Shown: positions 39,401 to 57,787 of the stretch, piece after piece
Position numbering within the stretch: the stretch's first letter is position 1
Layout of the letters: every line of letters starts with the position of its first letter
Made by a program: the position numbers and the translations under genes
From: Callorhinchus milii
Taxonomy: Eukaryota
Length of the DNA: 64,000 nt
Direction of reading: 5' to 3'
Assembly (NCBI RefSeq): GCF_018977255.1
Contig: NW_024704809.1
Coordinates: forward strand, 124,001 to 188,000
Notes under the pieces: model-generated
What the model was told of the DNA's origin: nothing
The model's input: the letters and a program-made list of their open reading frames with translations, nothing else
The model's database searches: none

Positions 39401-42400
39401 CAGCACCACCTCTGCCCTACGCACTCAGGCCCACTCAGCCCCACCCACCCACTCAGCCCTGCCTCTGCTCCGCCCACTCAGCCCCACCCCACTCACTCAG
39501 TCCCGCCCACCCACTCAGCCCCGCCTCTGCCTCTGCCCCGCCCACCCTGCCCCACCCACCCACCCAATTTCAGCCCCACCCAACCCCGAGCCCCTGCGGC
39601 TGTGTTACCGTGTGTCACTGTATTACTATGGCTGACCGCCTGCCCTGCGCTGACCGCCTGCCCTGCGCTGACCGCCTGCCCTGCGCTGACTGCCCACCCT
39701 GCACTGACTGTCTACCCTCTGTCCTGTGCTGACCCTCTCCCCCACAGGCGTTGGCTGAGATGACGGAGCTGTTGTCCTCGCGCAGCAACTTCGGGAGTTA
39801 CCGGCGAGCGTTCAGCGAGTGCAGCGGCTTCAAGGTGCCGGTGGTGGGCGTCCACCTGAAGGACCTGGTGTCGCTCAGCGAGGCTCTGCCCGACTTCGTG
39901 GAAGGAAAGATCAATGTCAGCAAATTACACCAGCTTCACAGCCGCCTCCTGCCCCTCCTATCCACACAGAGCCACAAACCCCCCTTTGAAGCCAACAAGG
40001 ACCTGCTCCACCTGCTCACGGTGAGGGGGGAGGGGCTGGGGTAATGGGGCTTGAGGGTTAAGGGGTTGAGGGTTCGGGGCTGGGGGTGGGGCTGAGAGTC
40101 TCTGTGACCCTCTGTGTCTGTCTCTCTCTATAGTTATCGCTTGACCTGTTTTACACTGAGGATGAAATCTACGAACTCTCCTACGCAAAGGAACCCAGAA
40201 CCCATCGGACGGTGAGAATCCATACACGGGGTGGGGGGGGTTGCACACGAGGGGAGGGGTTGCACACACGGAGGGAGGGGTTGCACACACGGAGGGAGGG
40301 GTTGCACACACGGTGGGAGGGGTTGCACACACGGGGGGAGGGGTTGCACACGAGGGGACGGGTTGCACATACGGGGGGAGGTGTTGCACACACGGGGGGG
40401 AGGGGTTGCACACACGGGGGGGAGGGGTTGCACACACGGGGGGAGGGGTTGCACACACGGGGGGAGGGGTTGCACAAACGGGAGGAGGGGTTGCACACGG
40501 TGACAGTGACTGTGTTACAGCCAGTGACCCCCTGTAAGCCCCCAGTGCTGGGTGACTGGGGCTTGGACGTGATCCGGAAACTGGACGCTGTGACCGTCGG
40601 CAAACACGTACAGCAAATGGTGGATGTGAGTCTCACAATCGGTCTTTAGGGGTGATGGTGGGGGTGGGCTGTGATGGGGGTGAGGTTGTGTGTGTGTGAT
40701 GGTGGGTGAGGGGTAGAGCTGCGAGCAGGGGGTGATGGGGGGGGAATGTGGGGCTATGATGGGGGGGACTGTGGGGCTGTGATTGGGGGGGGATTGTGGG
40801 GCTGAGATGGGGGGGGAAATGTGGGGCTGTGATGGACAATGTGGGATTATAATCTCTGCTTCGGCTCCTCAGTCTGTATTTAAGAATTACGACCACGATC
40901 AGGACGGCTACATCAGTCACGAGGAGTTTGAGAAAATCGCATCCATTTTCCCCTTCGCCATCCCCTTCAACCCACAGCGGTGAGCGGGGGCCAGTGGCGG
41001 GGCTGGGAGAGATACGGGGCTGGACGAGGGGCGGGTCTGGGAGAGGGGCAGAGTGGGCAGGATGGACGGGACAATGTGTGGTGTGCATTGAGGACACCCC
41101 AGGCTGTGCTGCCCTATTTGACCTGTGTCTCTGTGTGTGTGTCTCTGTGTGTGTGTCCCTGTGCTGTGTGTGTGTGTGTGTGTGTGTGCCATGTGCCCGT
41201 GTGTTCCAGGGAGGGGTTGCTGAGCCGGGAGGAGATCACCGGGCACCTGATGAGGGGCAGTGCCCTCTGCTCCCGGCCTGGCCAGCGTCACAGCTTCCAG
41301 GAGAACACCTTCATGAGGCCCACCTTCTGTGACATGTGCACCGGGTTTGTAAGTCACCACCCGCGCAGCGCCAGTTACAACAGGTATAGTGACTGTGTGC
41401 ACAGCAACACACAGCCCCAGCGACATAATAATAATAATCCTGGCATTTGACCCGGTGCCTTATTGCGTCTTCGAGACATCTCAAAGCACTTCACAGGACA
41501 CATTATAAAGTGTAGTGACTGTGTGTTTTGTGGGCGAAACGCAGCAGCCAATTGCGCCCAGCGACGTCCCCACAAACAGCCGTGGGTTGAAGTGACCAAA
41601 TTATTATTTATTTAATAAATAAATTTAACTCCCACACACACACACACTGTTGCACACACTCACGCACACCATCGCACAATACAGCGCCCTTCACAAGGTA
41701 TAGTGTCCCGGAGGCGCTCACACACTCTCCTCTCTCTGCACCGACCTGTTCTCAATTCATTTTCTTTCCTCCATAGCTATGGGGCGTCACCAAACAGGGC
41801 TACAGGTGTCAGGGTGAGCGTCGCTTACTCCCGTTAGCCGTGGAGGTGGGGGCTGTGTGCGTGGGGGCTGTGTGCGTGGGGGCTGTGTGCGTGGGGGCTG
41901 TGTGCGTGGGGGCTGTGTGTGGGGGGGCTGTGTGTGTTGGGGCTGTGTGTGACTCTTGTTGTGTACCTACAGACTGTGGAATTAACTGTCACAAACAGTG
42001 TGTGGAGCAGGTGACCCTCGAATGCAAGAAACGGACAAAGACCCCACATTGTGAGAGTGTTGTGTCCGTCAGCAACAGCAGCACCAGCACAGGTAACCCC
42101 CCCCAAACACACACACAAAGCCCCCTCCCATACACAGAGCCCCCGTACACATACCCCTTGCCCCTGTATTCACCCGAACTTGGGAGTGTGGGTTGGGGAG
42201 TTTAGAGGGAGCTTTGGTCTGTTAGGTCGGGCTGGGTGTGTAAGTGTGTCCTGGTGTGTTGCAGGTGTGGAGGACATCATCAGGGAGTGTCATCGCGACG
42301 ATGTGAAGGACCGCATAGTGTTAATGATAGGCCGCGTAGCCCACCCCATTTCCGTGAGAGTGAAGCCTCCTGTGATGCACCAATTCACACAGACCGAGAC

Positions 42401-43017
42401 CACCGCCCAGGCCACAAGCCCCCAGAGTGCAGAGAGTAGCCCCTTACACACTGAGCCGCACGGCCCCAACCCCCAGCCCCACGGCACGAGAGCCAGCCAA
42501 CGAGAAGCCAACAATAGTGGGTGTGAACGCTGCTCACAGAGATGGCAGAACCTTCAGCAGGTGAGCAGAGAGACGGAGATCGAGACACGTGCTTAATATA
42601 ATAATCCTTACATTTGACCCAGACATCTCAAAGCGCTTCACAGATACACTGTGAAAGTGTAGTGACTGTTTGTTTTATGGGTGAAACACGGCAGCCAACT
42701 GCACCCAGCGACGCCCCCGGAAACACCCTCCATCCTTCCTGATCCCAACTACCAGCTCGGGTGCAGATCTCTTGACCATCCAGCGCCTTGGGATGTCCTC
42801 CCGACGTAAAAGTAAATGTAACTTCTTGTTGTTGTAGGAGCAAAGGTTGGTCCCCGGGGAGACCCGGCTGCTGGAGGAGGAGCTGAGCAGTCTCCGGGCC
42901 CAGGTCAGGGCTCTCCAGGCCGAGGTGCAGGTACTGAGAAGCTCACAAGGAGTCCCCACCCTCACCCTGATTGTGGAGCAAATGGACAATCTGCACGTGC
43001 AGCAGGCTCCACGATAA
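27405..43017 (+). CDS. RASGRP4: RAS guanyl-releasing protein 4 (about 751 aa; 1-nt frameshift in exon 2 as assembled)
   Basis: Exons: 27405-27427 (MNRRESKR), 35455-35623, 36560-36665, 36977-37024, 37416-37547, 38225-38375, 38610-38783, 39092-39208, 39748-40020, 40134-40211, 40521-40625, 40873-40979, 41210-41348, 41777-41813, 41973-42092, 42265-42560, 42838-43017. REM, CDC25 GEF ([28 protein letters not shown]), EF-hand and C1 ([28 protein letters not shown]) domains. The N-terminus and TCPSP.EISK match RASGRP4. Confidence 0.93.
28740..29710. mobile_element. Two back-to-back L2 3' fragments (28740-29100 minus; 29110-29710 plus)
   Basis: [12 protein letters not shown] on minus; [28 protein letters not shown] on plus; each carries its own tail. 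Confidence 0.8.
29860..31080 (-). mobile_element. Degenerate L2 ORF2 reverse transcriptase region
   Basis: [40 protein letters not shown] motifs with frameshifts. Confidence 0.85.
32300..33055 (+). mobile_element. L2 3' fragment
   Basis: [33 protein letters not shown], 3' UTR and tail. Confidence 0.85.
36666..36976 (+). other. U12-type (minor spliceosome) AT-AC intron of RASGRP4
   Basis: Donor ATATCCTT at 36666, branch TCCTTGAC at 36960-36967, terminal AC at 36975-36976; joins the frame as ..KLFQL/YQDS.. Confidence 0.9.
40222..40500 (+). repeat. About 21-22 bp minisatellite (GGGGGAGGGGTTGCACACAC) in RASGRP4 intron 10
   Basis: Direct tandem copies fill nearly the whole intron. Confidence 0.9.
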
Positions 43018-43332
43018 ACTCATCCGCACCAGCGACGGCCTCCACAGCTCAGGTGCCGAGGGTCTCAATAACTTGCATTTATAGAGCGCCCTTCACCCCG
43101 GGGTAGTGCCCCAAAGCGCAGACACATCACCATACGAATTTTCTGGGCGAAAGAAGACCAAGGTCCATCTAGTTCACCTTCCACCGGCCTGGCCATCGCT
43201 CGGATTACATCCTTCGTAAAGCGACAGCATCAAACACGGCCTCAGTTACCCTCAACGAGGTGCGGCCTGACCTCAGGCATCAGGAACTCACTGAGCCTCA
43301 GGGCAGTCAACAGCACCACCTCCAACTCTGCG

Positions 43333-44240
43333 GTGAGGGGAATTCCTTTTTTTTTTCTCGCCTAGCCGGGTGTTGACACGCACGGAAACCCGTCACCGTG
43401 ACCGGCCGGGTGTCTGACACGCACAGAAACCCGTCACCGTGACCAGCCAGGTGTCTGACACCCACGGAAACCCGTCACTGTGACCAGCCGGACACACACG
43501 GAAACCCATCACCGTGACCAGCCGGGTGTCTGACGCGCACGGAAACCCGTCATCGTGACCGGCCGGGTGTCTGACACGCACGGAAACCCGTCACCGTGAC
43601 CGGTCGGGTGTCTGACACAGACGGAAACCCGTCACCGTGACCGGTCGGGTGTCTGATGCATACGGAAACCCGTCACCGTGACCGGGTGTCTGACACATAC
43701 GTCACCGTTGCTTAAGAGTCTCCAAACCCAACTGAGAATTCCCCACATCCCACTGCACATTGGTGAGATAGATTGTTGGAATGGAATGCGCTCCTTCTCA
43801 CCCAATTTCAGAGAGTACTAAGCACAGGTTCACAAGAGCCAAGGCTTGGGAGGACCCCCGAGTGTGCGTTGGGGTAACTGCTGGAGTCTAACCAGCTAAA
43901 CCCAGACACAGCTCAGCCATCGAGAGAGAGCGAGCGCTGTCTGGCCAAGCGTTCCCGCTGCTTGTCCAGCTGGGACCCCCCCCCCCTCCCTGTTAGTTAG
44001 GGCTTTGGCTGTGGGGTTAGCAGGAGCTGAGGGGGAGGATTCCCGGCCCCCAGTGACTGGTCAGCCCTTCCAGGTCCTGCTGATGAGCCGAGCCGGGTTG
44101 GGCTGAGATGCCCTGGAAGCCTGGCTCAGGAACCGGGACTAGAGACCCTCACAGAGTGGGGGGGGGGGTGCGCGGGGCTCGATCCCCACATTCCGTTGCC
44201 AAACATGCCACCTTGGGGCCAATTCAGCTCTGAGGGGACC
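43333..44240 (+). repeat. Unclassified interspersed element, copy C, with internal 41-bp tandem array (43365-43700)
   Basis: Longest copy; array unit CCCGTCACCGTGACCGGCCGGGTGTCTGACACGCACGGAAA. Confidence 0.85.
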
Positions 44241-44839
44241 CTGCGGTAATGACAGCGATGTGAGGGGTAATTAGAACGAGTGTGTGAGTGAGTGAGAGGG
44301 TAATTATAGTGAGTGTGTGAATGAGAGTGTGTGCGAGTGTGAGAAACACACACACACCCTATGATTAGTCCATGTAATGTCAGAGAACCATTCCAGTCAA
44401 ATATAAACACCCGAGTCTGGTGGCGGCAAATTGAAAATATACATTTTTACAAAACTATTTTTGTGCCAATCTCGTCACTGAATGGCCCCGTGTGGCCCCG
44501 TGCCCCGCCCCCCCCACCAGCCCCAGCCCCATCTCTGCCCCACCCCACTCCCCAGCTCTGCCTTGCCCCCTGCCCCGCCCCATCCAAGCTCTGCCCAGCC
44601 CCCCCCCCCACCCTGTCACATAGCCCTTCCCCCACTCCACAGTGCTCCCAGGCCTCTCACCCCCCACCCCCCCAGCCCCCAGCTCTGCCCCCAGCCCCAC
44701 CCACCATCTCATTGACAATTGACAACAATCCCCCCCAGAATGAGGGGCTGTAGACGTCTCCTTGAGAAAATCAGACGCAATCAAAGTACCCCCCGCCCGG
44801 GGTTTGCTGTGTGTCTGCCCCTCCCCCAGGGGAGGCTTT

Positions 44840-50048
<5,209 letters not shown>

Positions 50049-50320
50049 CCGCTGCTTTACGGCAGTGAGGCTTCTTTTTTTTTCGCGTTGCGGCTCTTTG
50101 CTTTTACGGCAGTGGGCGGGGGGTCAGGTGATGTGGCTGCTTTACGGCAGCGAGGCGAGGTGACGTGTGTGTGTGGGTGGGTGGGTGTCGCCACTTTACG
50201 GCAGCGAGTACGGGGAGGAGGGTTTGGGGGCGGCGGGGGTTTGGCGGCCGCTTTACGGCAGTGAGGCCGCTCCGCCTTTGCTTTCCGGCAGTGAGGCCGC
50301 TGCCGGTTGGCGCAGTCACT
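50049..50320. promoter_or_regulatory. Bidirectional CpG-island promoter FAM98C/PSMD8
   Basis: Only 272 bp between divergent ATGs; CpG-rich; six CTTT(A/C)CGGCAG repeats. Confidence 0.85.
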
Positions 50321-54658
<4,338 letters not shown>

Positions 54659-55018
54659 CGTGAGGGGGGGTGGGGAGAAGGGAGAGTGGGTGGGGGGTGG
54701 TGAGGGGTATCATAGTGATGGGGGGCATTATGTAGAGGAGCCAAGGGGTGGGCAGTTACCTGTCCTTGCCCCATATCCCTTAAAACCCCGACCTAACAAA
54801 ATATCCCTATCAAAATGCGCTCACACGTGTACCGCACACCCACTCGTGCCCACATTTCACACCGTGGTGTGTATTTTGGGGTGTAAACTGCGTGTAGCCT
54901 CTACCGCAGTCTCTCAGCACAGGTCGGCATCTCACTCACCTGCCTGTCTCGGTATCTCAGGCTTCACCGTCGAGACTGAACGGAGAATCGGTGGTTCCTC
55001 AGCCTTACAATGTAATTT

Positions 55019-55024
55019 AATAAA
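55019..55024 (+). terminator. Candidate PSMD8 polyadenylation signal
   Basis: AATAAA about 360 nt after the stop codon. Confidence 0.55.
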
Positions 55025-55089
55025 CTCTTTGAAACTAAAGCTCTTCGGTCTTTAAATTTCCAGGTCTGCCTTAATAACAACAGCAACAA

Positions 55090-55478
55090 CAACAATCCTC
55101 GCATTGGATTACAGCGCCTTATCGCGTCTCCGAGACGTCCCAAAGAGCTTCACAGAACACGGTGCAAAGAGACTGTGCACTTTGTGGGCAAAACGCGGCC
55201 GTCAGCGACGTCCCCACAAACAGTCTTGGATTGAGCGACCAATTTATTATTATTATTATTTTTTTTTGAAGGGATTATTACCGCCGGAAAAGCGATCCGC
55301 TCAATCGACTTAACAGCCGGGTTCCTATTGACTGCTGGTAAACGGGGGCGTGCGTGAGTGCGTGAGTGCGCGTTTGCGTGCGGAGTAAGGAAACTTACCC
55401 AACATTTTGCCCCGATCCTCCCGGGAATCGAACCCAGGTCCTCTCGCTTGCGAGGCGACGGCTCTAACCACTGAGCTA
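55090..55478 (-). mobile_element. tRNA-derived SINE
   Basis: Head-to-tail copy of the dominant family. Further copies near 34515-34850, 35720-35975, 47466-47837, 48570-48956, 49405-49670, 51207-51630, 52955-53182 and 61640-62060. Confidence 0.8.
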
Positions 55479-56450
55479 AGGTCAGAAACTCCCGACAATA
55501 CGCTGCCCAAACCAGACTGAGTCGCGAGACCGATAGCCAGTGACGTAGCCGGCCAGGCCGGGCGCCATTTTAGCGTCAAGGTTTACAACTCGACGCCAAA
55601 TTGAACGCCTTTCACGTCGTGGGGTGGGGGGGGGGGGTGGGGAGGACTTTAGCCTCTGCGGAACTTGGGAAGTAATTTTTTTTGAGCTTTGAGGCTGGTC
55701 AAAATAACGTTTATTCACATATTGAATCTGGAATTAAAAAAATATACAATTAAAAACAATAAATACTTCACGATTATACGACTGCGAAAAAAAAAAAAAA
55801 AAAAAGTAGAAGGGTGGAAATTAAATAGGGGAGCACACACGGTAGTTCGGGGCGCACAGCGGAGCCATTCACTGAGATCACGGAGACCCAACGAGGGGAG
55901 TAATTAAAAAAATAAAACAGAACCAGTTTAGAAACAGTCTGAAGTTAAGTACAAGGAAGGAAATGGGGCAATGTCCCTCACCTCATACGGATGCACCAGA
56001 TTTCAACCTCACCTTCAAGGAGTGGCCCCTCCGCCCCCATTTTTATTTATTTTTTTCCGCCTGCGCCCACTTTTTAACCCTTCGATCGTTTGGGATCCCG
56101 GTCGCTTTCCGATCGCGTGAGTCAGTGCAACGTTTGCGACGTTCGTCGAGAATGAACTGGGAACGGGAGGTATTCCATCACTGAATACAGGGAGTGTGCG
56201 TTGTGGGTGGTGGGGGGTGGGTGGGGGGGGGGGGGGGTGGGGGGTGGTAACTGTTGGAGTCTTAACCGGCTAAGCCCACGCGTAGCTTGGCTATTGAGAG
56301 AGAGTGAGAGAGAGAGCGCGATGACTGGAAAACTTTCCCGTTAGGACCACCCTCCCTGTGAGTTAGTTGGGGCTTTCGCTGCAGGGTTCGCTGCCCCCAG
56401 TGACTGCCAACGAGTCAGGCAGTGCTGCCGTCAGCAGTTGGACCAGGACT

Positions 56451-56475
56451 NNNNNNNNNNNNNNNNNNNNNNNNN
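56451..56475. other. Assembly gap (25 N)
   Basis: Run of N. Confidence 1.
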
Positions 56476-57209
56476 CCACACTCACAGGCCGCCCCCCCAC
56501 CCCACCACACTCACAGGCCGCCCCCCCACCCCCACCCACCCACCCCGTGTTACCAAGTGGTGAGTTAGTGTGGATTTACCGTGTGATCGTGTCCCAGAGA
56601 GGGCAGTTCTGCTCTCAATCTACAGCAACAAAATAATTTGCACTTTCACATGGGGCGGGTGGGCACGTGGGCACTTTAGGGCAGGAGCGGGAGTGGGGAA
56701 GGGGGAAGAGGAGAGTTGGGGGGGTTCTGGGTATATAGCACAGAGATGATCGTGAACGAGGAGGGTGGGAGGGAGTGTGGACGGACGCACAGTTGTAGAG
56801 GGAGCTTTACTGCGTCTCTAACCCTGACCTGGGAGTGTGGACGGACGCGCAGTGTAACGGAGGCCGTGGATGGACATGGAGGTTGGCAGGTTACAGGAAG
56901 GTTCCCATCTTCTCCCCCCCCCCCCACCCCCTCCTCCTCTGGCCATCCTCTGGCCTTGACGTATTTCAACAGCCGACGCCAAAGAGATGCTACGCGCGTG
57001 TGTCCCGACTCGTTCCCTGCGGTGAGAGCCTCGGAAACAGCCGAGATCAGGCGAGGACATCATTCCCCATCTCGTCCGAAGCAGCAGAAAAACACGAGCC
57101 AACGGACTCAAACCGAAGCAGGGTCTCGTTGGGGCTGAACTGGCCCCAAGGTGACATTGCCTGGCAATGGGATGTCGGAATGGACCCCCCCCCACCCTCT
57201 GTGACGGTC

Positions 57210-57495
57210 TCCTCTATCCCCCTCTCCCGCCCCTCTATCCCCCTCTCCCACACCCCTCTATCCCCCTCTCCCACACCCCTCTATCCCCCTCTCCCACACC
57301 CCTCTATCCCCCTCGCCCACACCCCTCTATCCCCCTGTCCCACATCCCTCTATCCCCCTGTCCCACATCCCTCTATCCCCCTCTCCCACACCCCTCTATC
57401 CCCCTCTCCCACACCCCTCTATCCCCCTCTCCCACACCCCTCTATCCCCCTCGCCCACACCCCTCTATCCCCCTCTCCCACATCCCTCTATTCCC
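57210..57495 (+). repeat. 24-bp minisatellite (CCCCTCTATCCCCCTCTCCCACAC)
   Basis: Tandem copies; a shorter version lies at 59010-59070. Confidence 0.85.
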
Positions 57496-57787
57496 CTCTC
57501 CTACTCTGCTCTAAATAGGGTAATCAGAGGAGTATGGAGTAAGGAAACTTGTCCAACGTTTCTCCCTGCCGGGAATCGAACTCCGATCCTCTCACGTCCG
57601 AGGCGAGTGCTCTAACCACTGAGCTACAGGTAACTATTATTATAATAAGCTGAGATAAGATAGTCTACATAATAATAATGCAAGGATGATGATGATTATG
57701 ATTATTATTATGTAGATTAGCCTTTGTGTTTGCATCATAAGAGTCATTGTGCTTCACGGTAACTTGGTATCTCTCCCTCTCTCCCAG

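Noticed and set aside
38193-39763. Long continuous ORFs (310 aa, 212 aa)
   Set aside because: Read-through of RASGRP4 exons into low-complexity introns.
43365-43700. CRISPR-like palindromic repeat array
   Set aside because: No unique spacers; eukaryotic tandem repeat.
56716-57518. ORFs as leader exon of the SRCR gene
   Set aside because: No hydrophobic signal peptide with a phase-1 donor; partly repeat-derived.
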